From Spirochaetia bacterium (GTDB lineage Bacteria; Spirochaetota; Spirochaetia; SZUA-6; Bin103), in contig CBDBOV010000006.1 in assembly GCA_965208575.1 (NCBI GenBank), positions 352,001 to 416,000 of the forward strand: a stretch of DNA of 64,000 bases, written 5' to 3'. The translations under genes were made by a program, and so were the position numbers. The notes beneath the pieces are model-generated. The model made no database searches. It was given only the letters and a program-made list of their open reading frames with translations, and had not been told where the DNA came from. This document shows positions 38,428 through 48,421 of the stretch, piece by piece; the first letter of the stretch is position 1; each line of letters starts with the position of its first letter.

Positions 38428-40068
38428 TCAATACACTCCGAGGATGGTCAGCCCGCTCCAGCGGGCGGTGTAGGACGCCAGGTCGCCGACCGCCTCCTCG
38501 TGGTGCACCTGCAGGGTGCCCAGATCGGCCCGCTGCACGGTTCTGCCGTGCGCAGTCAGCTTGCCGGTCGCCACCACCCCCTTGGAGAGGGTCAGGTGGC
38601 GGTTGTCCAGGTTGCCGAAGTAATACGCGGCAGGATCCTGGCCGGGATCGACCGGCAACAGGCCGGCCCCCGAACCGAGCGCCGGGTCTACCGGCACCCA
38701 TCCGAACCGGTGCAGGTAGAGTTCGGTCCAGTAGTGGGCATGCAGGCGGTCCGGCGACTGCACCAGGTAGCCCGCCACCGGACGCGCCGGAACCGTGGCA
38801 GCCCGCAGCAGGGCGGTATACAGCATGGCGAAGTCGTAGGCGTCGCCGGCGCCGGCGGCCAGCGCGGCCAACGGATCGGCGGCGCGCCGGCCGTCGTGCA
38901 CGAGCCGGCGCAGCAGCCCGTCGTACAGTTGCCGGGCGCGCCGCCACGGGTTGAGCTCGCCGCGAGTCAGGCGCTCGGCCAGCGCGACGATACGCTCGTC
39001 GTCCGCGGCGATGAGCGGCTCGGGGCTGGTGAACATGCGGTATGCCCGCGTCGCCCGGTCGTACGGCTCCACCCGCCCTTCGTCGACGTCCGTCTGCACG
39101 GCGTAGCGCTCGAAGATGAACTGCTGCGTTACGTTGTACACGCCGCCGGGTACCAGGTTGCGGAGCTGAAAGACGGCCACTCCCGCGACGTCCTCGTACA
39201 GCGGTTCGGGTTCGCGGGCCACCAACCGCACATTGCGCTGCGCCGGCGCCTGCCACACCTTCGGCATCCACAGGTACAGGTCGTTGGGTCCGGAAGCGCG
39301 GACGCCGGTGATCGACAGCAGCATGCTCACCGAGTAGGTTCGCCGGCCCGTGTAGCGCTTGCTGCCCACCGTGGAGCCGACTTCGAAGAACACCTGGTTG
39401 CTGAACCCCCGTTCGGTGCGCACCAGCAGGTTGCCGGTGGCCGCGCCGTCCGGAACCCGCACCCGGATCTCCGTGTCGGACCAGTTCTCGTAGTCGAAGT
39501 CGTGCGCGTCGGCGGCGACGAACTCCGCCGTGCCCTCACCAGCCGCCAGCGGACCCGCCGACAGCCAGGTGAACAGCACCGCCGATGAGCCGCGCCGCGG
39601 GCCGAAGTTGCGCCCGGTGATGACCACGGCATCGCCCACCGCGGCGCGCCGCTTGCTTACGTCGGCCACCAGCGGCTGGCCCGGGTCGGCGAACGCGGCG
39701 CCCACGCGCGGCAGATAGTCGCGATTGGCGAACAGGACGCCGTTGCTGCGCCGGCCACCGACTACCACGTAGACGAACCCCGAGCGCACCTCCTCCGGCA
39801 CGCGTACGCTGATCCGTGCGGCGCTCCACTCCAGGTACGCACTGCTGGTCGGAGCCACGCCGGCGATCAGCACCTGCCCGCCGTCACGCGCCGGGCCGAA
39901 TCCGCGGCCGGTGACGATCAGGACGTCGCCACCATGCCCGATGGGCGGGTCGGCTGCCTCGATCACCGGCGCGCGGCTGTGCGAACCGAGCAGCAATACG
40001 GCGAGCAGTACGATGAGCGCCGCGGCCGGGACCAGGGCGCGGCCGCGCGGCGGCAGCGAAGCGAACAT
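38428..40068 (-). CDS. Exported IPT/TIG-domain plus transglutaminase-like protein
   Basis: N-terminal TM; two ITGRxFG..W..I.VRVP TIG repeats; GDAYDFA..LLRA..VPAR..HYWTE..GWVPVDP. Confidence 0.85.
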   Translation of the reverse strand: MFASLPPRGRALVPAAALIVLLAVLLLGSHSRAPVIEAADPPIGHGGDVLIVTGRGFGPARDGGQVLIAGVAPTSSAYLEWSAARISVRVPEEVRSGFVYVVVGGRRSNGVLFANRDYLPRVGAAFADPGQPLVADVSKRRAAVGDAVVITGRNFGPRRGSSAVLFTWLSAGPLAAGEGTAEFVAADAHDFDYENWSDTEIRVRVPDGAATGNLLVRTERGFSNQVFFEVGSTVGSKRYTGRRTYSVSMLLSITGVRASGPNDLYLWMPKVWQAPAQRNVRLVAREPEPLYEDVAGVAVFQLRNLVPGGVYNVTQQFIFERYAVQTDVDEGRVEPYDRATRAYRMFTSPEPLIAADDERIVALAERLTRGELNPWRRARQLYDGLLRRLVHDGRRAADPLAALAAGAGDAYDFAMLYTALLRAATVPARPVAGYLVQSPDRLHAHYWTELYLHRFGWVPVDPALGSGAGLLPVDPGQDPAAYYFGNLDNRHLTLSKGVVATGKLTAHGRTVQRADLGTLQVHHEEAVGDLASYTARWSGLTILGVY

Positions 40069-40113
40069 CCACCGAACCGGATCGCTCAGCGCCGTCCGAG
40101 CCGGACAGGGCCG

Positions 40114-40653
40114 CTAGCGTTCAGTCGTGGCCATCCTCGCCCGCTCCGGCTCGTAGCGGACAATCTCCACCTCCAGCTTCAGGGTGACTTCATCGGCCAC
40201 GCCCTCGGCGACCCCGAGCGGGAAGAACAGCAGCTTCTCGCCGAGCGACAGCGGCACGCTGCGGTAGGTCGCCACGTAGCGGGTCGGCGCCTCGGGGCCG
40301 TCGTCCAGCCATACCTGGCCCTGCGCCACCAGCTCCAACTCGCCATCCTCGCCCACGTAGGGGGTGAACACCGCGCGAATGCGCAGATTGCTGCCGTTCA
40401 CCTCGACGTTTACCGCCCGGCCCGGGATGGTCAGTTCCGACTGTTGCGTATTCCAGTTGGTGAACGGCTCGGTCTGCGTGAGCGAGAGGCCGACCTTGAT
40501 CTCGAGCTGGTCGTCGCGGGCCGACCGCAACGCGCTCTCGATCATGCTCTGCGGAGGCGCCTGGGCACCGGCGAGCCCCGCCGCCGACACGATCAGCAGG
40601 GCCGTCACCGGCCTGCGAATCCGCTCGGATGCACGCACGAGGCCTGCCGTCAT
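40114..40653 (-). CDS. Hypothetical exported protein
   Basis: Signal peptide (AGAQ cleavage), TIPGRAV, FTPY, AQGQVW, LGE.L.FFPLG. Confidence 0.75.
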   Translation of the reverse strand: MTAGLVRASERIRRPVTALLIVSAAGLAGAQAPPQSMIESALRSARDDQLEIKVGLSLTQTEPFTNWNTQQSELTIPGRAVNVEVNGSNLRIRAVFTPYVGEDGELELVAQGQVWLDDGPEAPTRYVATYRSVPLSLGEKLLFFPLGVAEGVADEVTLKLEVEIVRYEPERARMATTER

Positions 40654-40669
40654 GGCCGCGCTGCCGCGG

Positions 40670-41212
40670 TCAGGGAAGCACCGCCGATTGTGCGGTCGCC
40701 GCCAGGAGTTCCGCTTCCCGCAGGATGGTCGGCTTGCCGTGCTGTATGAATTGCGGTTCGTCCGGCAACTGGATGACGATCGCCCCCTGCTCCAGCCATT
40801 GCACCGGCTGAGCGCCGCTCGCGACCGCGCTGACCGCGGCGGCTCCGAAGGCCGGCAGTTCCAGACGCGCGTCGGCGACCCGCGTCCACATCGCCACGCT
40901 GGTGATGATCAGCGTCACGCCCGCCATCAACGCGACCGCCACCGGTGCCGGCACCCGGACGCCGCGGGTCCAGAACGACGCCTGCCGGCGCAACGCGCTG
41001 CGCACCGCGTCGAGTCGCCGCCAGATCCGGTCGCCGGCCGCGCTGACGTCCGGCTCGCGGCTCTCCAGCAGGGTGTGACTCACCGCCTGGTACGCGCGCA
41101 GCAGCTCACGGCAGGCGTGGCACTCACCGACATGACGCTCCACGCGGCGCGCGTCGGCGGGCCCGATCTCGTTGTCGACGTAGGAGCACAGCAGGGTGCT
41201 TTCAGGACACAT
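40670..41212 (-). CDS. Zinc-finger (zf-HC2) transmembrane anti-sigma factor
   Basis: MCP..LLCSYVDNE..VERHVGECHAC (HxxxCxxC), single TM; overlaps the ECF gene. Confidence 0.88.
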   Translation of the reverse strand: MCPESTLLCSYVDNEIGPADARRVERHVGECHACRELLRAYQAVSHTLLESREPDVSAAGDRIWRRLDAVRSALRRQASFWTRGVRVPAPVAVALMAGVTLIITSVAMWTRVADARLELPAFGAAAVSAVASGAQPVQWLEQGAIVIQLPDEPQFIQHGKPTILREAELLAATAQSAVLP

Positions 41213-41741
41213 GGCGCACCCCGTCGGCGAGCAGCCGCGCCAGTTGCCGGCGCGCCCGGTGCAAACGCACCTTCACGTTGCCTTCGCTGATGCCGAGCAC
41301 CGAAGCGATGTCGCGATAGTTCATGCCGGCGTATTCGCGCAGCACGATGGCGGTGCGCATGTTGTGCGGCAACTCGTTCAGCGCCTCCTGCACCGCGTCG
41401 CGATCGGCTGCCGCGAGCAACGGGGCGTCGGCCGGCAACCCGAGCGTGGGGCCTTCCTGCTCAAGGCGTCCGACGGCGCGCCGTTCGCGCGCCCGGCGCT
41501 TCTCGTAGTTCAACGACAGGTTGCGCACCACCCGCAACAACCAGTACTTCGTCTCATCCACGCTCGGCAGGGGCGTATCGCGGTTCAGCAGGCGCAGGAA
41601 TGCCTCATGAGCCAGATCCTCCGCGACTACCCGTTCGCCGGCGATCCGGAAGGCCACCCGAAATATCAACGGAAACAATTCGCGGTAGACACCGCCGAAA
41701 TCGCTGTCTCGCCACCACCGTTCAGTTTTTGACCGCACCAT
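41202..41741 (-). CDS. ECF RNA polymerase sigma factor
   Basis: [53 protein letters not shown]. Confidence 0.95.
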   Translation of the reverse strand: MVRSKTERWWRDSDFGGVYRELFPLIFRVAFRIAGERVVAEDLAHEAFLRLLNRDTPLPSVDETKYWLLRVVRNLSLNYEKRRARERRAVGRLEQEGPTLGLPADAPLLAAADRDAVQEALNELPHNMRTAIVLREYAGMNYRDIASVLGISEGNVKVRLHRARRQLARLLADGVRHVS

Positions 41742-41779
41742 GTAAAACCACCGGAATGCCTGGAGGTTACACCTCCGCC

Positions 41780-43270
41780 CTACCCTGCCTGCTCGGGCAG
41801 CGCGCCGGCGCGCTGCCACACCGTGCCGGTAGCGGCGTCGCGCAACTCGATGCCCTGCGCGGCGAGCTGCGTACGAATCGCGTCGGCGCGTGCGAAGTCA
41901 CGCCGGCGGCGCGCCTCGTCCCGCTCCCGTACCAACGCGTCCACCTCGGGATCCACCCGCGTCTCGTTCGCCAAGACGGTTGCGGCCGATTGCAAGAGCC
42001 GCAAGCCCAACACTCCATCGATCGCACCGACCGCCCGCAAGGCGCACTCCGGATCGCCGGCATCGCTCTTGACCAGTTGCCAGAGGCGGGCGAGTACGCG
42101 CGGCATCGCCAGGTCGCTTGCCGCATGGGCGAGCGCCTCGCGCGCGGCCGGGTGGGCGCAGTCGGCGCCCGCCATGGTGCGGGGATCGTCGACCGCGGCC
42201 GCCCGCGCCAGCGCCGCCACCCGGTGCACCAGTCCGGCCCGGGCGGCGCGCGCCGCATCCAGGGCACGCATGGTGAAGTTCTGATGCGCCCGGTAATGCG
42301 CCCCGAGCACGAAGTAACGGTAGTCGAGCGCGTCGTAGCCCTTTTCCTGGAGCTGGCCGATGGTGACCCAGTTGCCCTTCGACTTGGACATCTTGGCCCC
42401 GTTCACCAGCAGGAACTCGCCGTGGCACCAGTAGTTCACCCAGCGCCCCGGATCATCGTGCCCGATACCGAGCGCCGCCTCCGCCTGGGCGATTTCGTTG
42501 GTGTGGTGAACCGGAATCAGATCGATGCCTCCGCAATGAATGTCGAATTGCTCGGCAAGGTAGCGCATCGACATGGCACTGCACTCGATGTGCCATCCCG
42601 GGTAGCCCCGTCCCCACGGCGAGTCCCAGATCATCGCCTGGTCCTCGAACTTGGAGCGGGTGAACCACAGGCCGAAGTCTTCCGGATTGCGCTTGCTGCG
42701 GTCGACGCTGATGCGGGCGCCGGCCTGCAACCGCTGCCGGTCGAGCAGCGCCAACTCGCCGTAGCGGGCGAACCGCGCCACGTCGAAGAACACGTTGCCG
42801 CCGGCTACGTAGGTGAACCCGCGCGCTTCGAGACGCTGGATGAGCGCGATCATGTCGTCGATGTGATCGGTTGCCTTGGCGACTACGTCGGGCCGGAGGA
42901 TGTTCAGCGCGTCCGCGTCGGTAAAGAACCGGTCGGTATAGAACGCCGCGATGTCCCACACGGTACGCCCTTCGCGGCGCGCGCCGGCGAGCATCTTGTC
43001 CTCGCCCTCGTCGGCATCGCTGGCCAGGTGGCCGACGTCGGTGACGTTCATGACGTGGCGCACCCGGTAGCCGAGCGCAGCGAGGGTGCGGCGCAGCACG
43101 TCAACGAAGATGAACGTGCGGAAGTTGCCGATGGTGGCATAGTCGTACACGGTGGGTCCGCAGGCGTAGAGCTGGGCGCAGCCCTCGGTGCGGGGCACGA
43201 ACGGCTGCACGGTGCGGCCCAGGGTGTTGTAGATCTGGAGTGGTTGCGGTGCCTTGGCAGAATCGGTCAT
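41780..43270 (-). CDS. cysS: Cysteine--tRNA ligase
   Basis: [54 protein letters not shown]. Confidence 0.98.
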   Translation of the reverse strand: MTDSAKAPQPLQIYNTLGRTVQPFVPRTEGCAQLYACGPTVYDYATIGNFRTFIFVDVLRRTLAALGYRVRHVMNVTDVGHLASDADEGEDKMLAGARREGRTVWDIAAFYTDRFFTDADALNILRPDVVAKATDHIDDMIALIQRLEARGFTYVAGGNVFFDVARFARYGELALLDRQRLQAGARISVDRSKRNPEDFGLWFTRSKFEDQAMIWDSPWGRGYPGWHIECSAMSMRYLAEQFDIHCGGIDLIPVHHTNEIAQAEAALGIGHDDPGRWVNYWCHGEFLLVNGAKMSKSKGNWVTIGQLQEKGYDALDYRYFVLGAHYRAHQNFTMRALDAARAARAGLVHRVAALARAAAVDDPRTMAGADCAHPAAREALAHAASDLAMPRVLARLWQLVKSDAGDPECALRAVGAIDGVLGLRLLQSAATVLANETRVDPEVDALVRERDEARRRRDFARADAIRTQLAAQGIELRDAATGTVWQRAGALPEQAG

Positions 43271-43378
43271 CGGCTCGTCGGGGGTGAACGTACACCGACG
43301 CGCCGGCCCGGTTCAAACCGAACTCGCGCCGCCGGCGGCTCGGGCGCGGCGCTCGGGCGGCGCCGGGCGCCGGCGGCT

Positions 43379-44719
43379 TCAGCGTTCGACCGACACCGTC
43401 ACGGTCAGCCGCGGCCCCTGCGGAGACGGATCGCCGAGACCGGCGGCGCCGACCCGCAGCCGGCCACGCGGCAGCCGGACCTCGACCGCGAACTGCGTGG
43501 TGATCTTCTCGGACGCGACGCGCCATCCCGCTTCGACGGCAACTGGAGATGCGGCCGTGGCGGCGCGTACCTGCAGCGTGTCCCCGGACTGCGCGCCGCG
43601 CCAGCGCATCGAGATCGTCCCTGCGCGCGCGCGCGCCTGGACGGCGAGCGTGGGTACGGCACCCGCCGAACCGGCCTGCACCGCGCCTTCGCCGCCCAGC
43701 GTCACGGCGCCGAGCCGTACCGAGGGGGTCACCGCCAGCTCCACGGTGTGCTGCGCCGCGGCGACGGGGCGCGCCGCGTGCACTGTCGGCCGGGGCACCG
43801 CGCCGCGCACGGCGAACCGGTACCCTACCCGCCAGGGACGCGGCCCGGCGGCGCCGCTCAGCCGGGCCGCCCAGGCGAGCGACGCGTCCGGGGCGCCGCC
43901 GCCGAGCGCGCGAAATTCGCGGCCGGCGGCCGCCACACCCGCGGCCAACTCGCCGTACGGCGACGGCGCGCGCCCGGACAGGCGGACGTGGAAGGCAGGC
44001 GGCAGACGCGGCCCGAGCGACGCGTTGACGCTGCCGGCCAACTCGCCGGCGCCGTCCGTGACGCGGGCACGGATGCCGGCGAGCGCCAATTCGCCGCCCG
44101 GGAATGGCGGCGCCGCCAGCAGCCAGCGTGTCGACGTCGGCGGCGGCGGCCCGCTGCGGACGGCGGCGTATGCCTCCAGGCCGAGTGCCGGCAGCGGCTC
44201 GGCGGCCGCCGCCGCGGCAAGCACGGTCGCCGGGCGCGCGCGCCCGGCGGACGCCGGTGCCGGCTCCACGTAGCCGGCCACCGCCACGCCGGGCAGCGGC
44301 GCAAGCTGGACGCCGCGCAACCGGCCGGGGCTGATGCCGGTGTCCGGGAGCAGCCCGGTACGCTCGCCGTACACTTTTGTCCCGGCGTCGTGGCCGAGTG
44401 GACGCGCCAGCTCTCTCCACGCGCCGGCCAGACGTACCGGACCGACCAGCGCACCGCCCAGTTCCAATCCGGAAGCGATCAGCAGCGGACGGCCGTCGCC
44501 CGGTGCGACGGCGGCAACCAGGCGCGCGCGCCCCCAGCTTCCCTCGTACACGAGGCGGGTGCGCGCGGCGGCGCCGGTGGCTGCGACTTCGACGCGCGAC
44601 GTCACCGACACGCCGCGCTCCGCCGATTCGGCCGCGAGGTGCGCGCCGGCGGTCAGCATCAGGATCAAGGCGCCGGCGCCGCGCCGGCGCGGCGGGCGAG
44701 AAGTGCCGCGAACTGTCAT
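43379..44719 (-). CDS. Hypothetical exported, beta-strand-rich protein
   Basis: 446 aa ORF filling the cysS-macrodomain gap; signal-like N-terminus; low complexity (Ala/Gly/Arg). Confidence 0.5.
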   Translation of the reverse strand: MTVRGTSRPPRRRGAGALILMLTAGAHLAAESAERGVSVTSRVEVAATGAAARTRLVYEGSWGRARLVAAVAPGDGRPLLIASGLELGGALVGPVRLAGAWRELARPLGHDAGTKVYGERTGLLPDTGISPGRLRGVQLAPLPGVAVAGYVEPAPASAGRARPATVLAAAAAAEPLPALGLEAYAAVRSGPPPPTSTRWLLAAPPFPGGELALAGIRARVTDGAGELAGSVNASLGPRLPPAFHVRLSGRAPSPYGELAAGVAAAGREFRALGGGAPDASLAWAARLSGAAGPRPWRVGYRFAVRGAVPRPTVHAARPVAAAQHTVELAVTPSVRLGAVTLGGEGAVQAGSAGAVPTLAVQARARAGTISMRWRGAQSGDTLQVRAATAASPVAVEAGWRVASEKITTQFAVEVRLPRGRLRVGAAGLGDPSPQGPRLTVTVSVER

Positions 44720-44875
44720 AGCGGCCGGGATAGAGCAACATCGGTGCCATGCGCGGCCCGCAGGCGGGGCCGGGAAGGCTCCGCAGCGACCACGTTTTAC
44801 GTTCGTTTACGCATGCCGCTGTGCCGGCGCGCGGGTACGCGCCATGCGCCGCGAGAGTGTGGCACACTGGCGGTC

Positions 44876-45427
44876 ATGGCATCCCTGCTCGACGGTCGCC
44901 TGCTGGTGTCGCAAGGCGACATCACCAGGTTCAGCGGCGCCTCCCCGAGCGCCATCGTCAACGCCGCCAACAGCTCCCTGCTCGGCGGCGGCGGCGTTGA
45001 CGGCGCCATTCATCGCCGCGGCGGCACGCGGATTCTCGACGAGTGCAGGGAGATTCGCCGGTCGCGCTACCCCGACGGGCTGCCCACCGGCGCGGCGGTG
45101 ATCACCGGCGCCGGCCGGCTGGCGGTCGATTACGTGGTGCACACCGTCGGGCCGGTGTGGAACGGCGGCGGCCGCGGCGAGCCGGAGCTGCTGCGCGCCG
45201 CGTACCGCAACAGCTTGCTGCTGGCGGCGCAACATGATGTGCGCGAGATGGCGTTTCCGGCCATTTCCACCGGCGTGTACGGCTATCCACCCGCGCTCGC
45301 CGCGCGCGAAGTGCTCGCCGCCGTCGGGCACGCGCTGGCGGGCCGCCCGCTGCCGGAGCGCGTGCACTTGCTGTTCTTCAGCGCGGCGGATCAAGCCACC
45401 TTCCTGGACGCCGTCCGGACCGCGTGA
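44876..45427 (+). CDS. Macrodomain O-acetyl-ADP-ribose deacetylase (YmdB-like)
   Basis: [46 protein letters not shown]. Confidence 0.95.
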   Translation: MASLLDGRLLVSQGDITRFSGASPSAIVNAANSSLLGGGGVDGAIHRRGGTRILDECREIRRSRYPDGLPTGAAVITGAGRLAVDYVVHTVGPVWNGGGRGEPELLRAAYRNSLLLAAQHDVREMAFPAISTGVYGYPPALAAREVLAAVGHALAGRPLPERVHLLFFSAADQATFLDAVRTA

Positions 45428-46917
45428 CTGCGCCGGACGGCGCCGGAGGCGGAGGCCCGGATGGCGACCGCGCCGCCGGCGCGATCCTGAACTGGCGCGA
45501 GATCGACGCCGTGCTGGCCGAACTCGACCTCGCCGGCTGCTTCATCCGCGACGTGCGCCAGCCGGCACATCAGCGGCTGGTGTTCGAACTGTACGCGCCG
45601 CGGCAGGGGCGCATCTGGATGCTGGCCGCATTGGGCGGACCGTATGTCCGCCTGCACCGGCTGGCGCACCGGCCGCACCAGCTCGGCGATCCACAGCGCT
45701 TCGTCGCGTTCATGCGCGCGCACGTGCGGTCGGCCCGGATCCTGGCCGCGTCCCAGGTGGCCGGTGAGCGGATCGTCAAGCTGCAGGTGGCGCGCGGCGA
45801 CCGCGAGCTGACGATCTGGATCCGCCTGTGGGCGAATGCCGCCAACTGCATCGTCACCGACACCGGCGGCGCCATCCTGGACGCCCTGTTCCGCCGCCCG
45901 CGGCGGGGCGAGGTCAGCGGCGGCGAGTTTCACCCCGAGCGCGACCTCGTTGCGCCGGCGGCGCGCGGCGACCGCCACCGGGCTCGCCCGGTGCGGGCGT
46001 TCGGCGATCCGGGCGAACCTTACAACCTGCGGGTGGAGCGCCACTTCGCCGCTCTCGAGGCAGACGCCGACGCGCGGCGCGCGGCCCGGATGGCGGCCGC
46101 GGCACGCGCCGCCGGCGAACGGCGCACGCGGCGCCTGATCGCGCGTCTGCGCCGCGAGTGCGAAGCGGCCGGCGATCACGAACGGTTGCAGCAGTTGGGC
46201 AGCCTGCTGCTGGTCAACCTGGCGCGGGTGCAGCCGGGCGCGCGCCAGGTCGTGGTGGACGACTATCACACCGGCGGCACGACCGCGATCGATCTGGCTC
46301 CGGACCGGTCGGCGGCGGACAACGCGCAGCGCTACTTCGAACGCGCCCGCAACGCACGCCGCCGGCTGCAGACCGCCCGCTCCCGGCTCACGCAGGCGGA
46401 GCGGGAACTGGCCGCGGCGCAAGCAGCCGATCCGGTGCAGGCGCCGGTGGTGTCCGCCGGCGGTGCTGCGGGGCCGGCGGACCGGCGCGCGGCGGGCAGT
46501 CCACCGGCGGCGCGCCCGGCCGGCGTGCGGCAGTTCGTGAGCCGCGGATTCACCCTGCTGGTGGGGCGCGGCGCGGCGCAGAACGACGCTGCACTCCGGG
46601 CCGCGCGCGGCAACGACTGGTGGTTTCACTGCCGCGACTTCCCCGGCGCGCACGTGTTCGTGCGCGAGCGCGGCTCGGGGTCGATTCCGTTGGAAACGAT
46701 GCTCGACGCCGCCAGCCTGGCGCTGTTCTTCAGCAAGGCGCGCTCGTCCGGACAGGCGGACGTGTACTACACCCAGGTGAAGTACCTGCGGCGACCGCGC
46801 GCACGCGGCCGCGGCCCGCAGCCGGCGCCCGGCCGCGTGATCCCGACGCGGGAGCGAAACCTGTTCATCAAGCTGCAGCCCGAGCGCATCGAGCGGCTGC
46901 TGTCGGGAGGCCCGTGA
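45424..46917 (+). CDS. NFACT/Rqc2 (RqcH, FbpA-like) protein
   Basis: [56 protein letters not shown]. Confidence 0.88.
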   Translation: MTAPDGAGGGGPDGDRAAGAILNWREIDAVLAELDLAGCFIRDVRQPAHQRLVFELYAPRQGRIWMLAALGGPYVRLHRLAHRPHQLGDPQRFVAFMRAHVRSARILAASQVAGERIVKLQVARGDRELTIWIRLWANAANCIVTDTGGAILDALFRRPRRGEVSGGEFHPERDLVAPAARGDRHRARPVRAFGDPGEPYNLRVERHFAALEADADARRAARMAAAARAAGERRTRRLIARLRRECEAAGDHERLQQLGSLLLVNLARVQPGARQVVVDDYHTGGTTAIDLAPDRSAADNAQRYFERARNARRRLQTARSRLTQAERELAAAQAADPVQAPVVSAGGAAGPADRRAAGSPPAARPAGVRQFVSRGFTLLVGRGAAQNDAALRAARGNDWWFHCRDFPGAHVFVRERGSGSIPLETMLDAASLALFFSKARSSGQADVYYTQVKYLRRPRARGRGPQPAPGRVIPTRERNLFIKLQPERIERLLSGGP

Positions 46918-47015
46918 CGAACGCACCGGGGCCGGGTACGGCCGGGCGACGGCGGCGCCATTCGTTGTCATCGCCGCGGCGGACTGCGATACTCTGTAGC
47001 GTAGGCGGCACCCGC

Positions 47016-48413
47016 ATGCAGGATACCTCGCTCGACCCACTCGCTCCGCAGCAGATCACCGACCGCGGACAGCCGCTGCTTGCGTTCGTGGCCTCGGACA
47101 AGCTCAGCTCGCTGGCCAAGCGCAGCGCGCTGCAGCAATCCGACGGCTGGATCGTGCATGGCGGCCAAGTGCGTCCGTGGCGGTTCAGCGGCTACGTGCG
47201 GCGCGGCGAAACGCTGCTGGTGACCGGTCCCCGGGTCGACGGCGAACTGCTGGTGGCGGCGCTCCGGCGCGCCCCGGACGAGGCGCTCGCCGCGGTAGCA
47301 AGGGTCGCCGGCGCGCTGGCGCGCCTGGCGCGCGACGGGCTGGCGGCACAGCCGCTGCAACTCAACGGCATCATGCTGCTGGCGACCGGCGGGGTGCTCG
47401 TTCTGCCGCCGGCCGTGGTCCGGCAACTTACCGAGACGCATTCGCCGGCGGCCATGGTGGCGGCTTCGGCACGCATCAACCATCCCGATCAGGGCGGCGA
47501 GCAGCGCTGGAGCACGATGCTCGCCATCCTGAGCTACCGCGCCATGACCGGCGAGTATCCGTTCCCGGCGCCAGGCGAGGAGGAGCTGCGCAACCAGATG
47601 CGCCGCCTCGACGTGGTGCCGCCGCGGCTGCTCGCACCCGGCTGCGACGAACACCTTTCCGCGCACATCGTGCGCGCGCTGCGCCCGCAGCGCCACGAGG
47701 TGCGCCCGCCGCTGGCGGACTGGCCGGCGATGCTGGCGCGGGCGCGCGAGCAGGCGGCGCCGGTGGCGGCGGCGGATGCGGAGCGCCTGCAGGCGGACGC
47801 GGCGGTGCTGCGCGAGCGCCATGCGCAGTCGTTCCGAAGGCGCGTGTTCCTGCAGCGCAACCTGCGCACCATGGTGGTGACGGCCGTTATCGTGGCCGCG
47901 GTGGGAGGCGTGCTCGGATCGATCGTCGCCAATCAGTTCAAGCCGCGCTCCACGCGCGGCTACTCGCCGCGCCAGGTGGTGGAAGCGTTTTACGGCAGCA
48001 TCGGCGCACTCGACCACGCGACCATGGAAGACGCGGTGGTCGGCGACGCCGGCAAGGGGCTGATCAACGAGGTGGTGAACCTGTTCGTGATCTCGCGCGT
48101 GGCGCAGGGCTACGAGGGACGCAGCCACATCGTCGACGCCGCCGAGTGGGCGGCCGCCGGGGAGCCGGAATTGCCGGCCGACCGCTCACTGTACGGACCG
48201 AGCAATCTGGACATCGTGGCCGAGCAGGGTGCGCCGCAGCCGGTGTTTCGCGTCTCCTACCTGATGTGGCGCCTCGGCGGCGCCGACGGGGACGACCCCC
48301 CGGGCACGCCGCAACAGGGCATACCGACCAGCGAGCGGGTGTTCCTGCGCCAGGACAAGGGCGACTGGGTGATCTTCGAGATGCAGCCGCTGGACCCGCC
48401 GAACCGCAATTGA
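47016..48413 (+). CDS. Membrane protein with a degenerate Ser/Thr kinase-like domain and an extracytoplasmic domain
   Basis: VDGELL..ALARLARDGLAAQPLQLNGIML..LSYRAMTGEYPF..PPRL; TM MVVTAVIVAAVGGVLGSIV; C-terminal P.QVVEAFY..GDWVI. Confidence 0.75.
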   Translation: MQDTSLDPLAPQQITDRGQPLLAFVASDKLSSLAKRSALQQSDGWIVHGGQVRPWRFSGYVRRGETLLVTGPRVDGELLVAALRRAPDEALAAVARVAGALARLARDGLAAQPLQLNGIMLLATGGVLVLPPAVVRQLTETHSPAAMVAASARINHPDQGGEQRWSTMLAILSYRAMTGEYPFPAPGEEELRNQMRRLDVVPPRLLAPGCDEHLSAHIVRALRPQRHEVRPPLADWPAMLARAREQAAPVAAADAERLQADAAVLRERHAQSFRRRVFLQRNLRTMVVTAVIVAAVGGVLGSIVANQFKPRSTRGYSPRQVVEAFYGSIGALDHATMEDAVVGDAGKGLINEVVNLFVISRVAQGYEGRSHIVDAAEWAAAGEPELPADRSLYGPSNLDIVAEQGAPQPVFRVSYLMWRLGGADGDDPPGTPQQGIPTSERVFLRQDKGDWVIFEMQPLDPPNRN

Positions 48414-48421
48414 CCGGCGCC

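Noticed and set aside
44876-46917. Macrodomain plus NFACT as an anti-phage or toxin-antitoxin system
   Set aside because: Both look like ordinary housekeeping YmdB-type and RqcH-type proteins, and no ADP-ribosyltransferase partner is present
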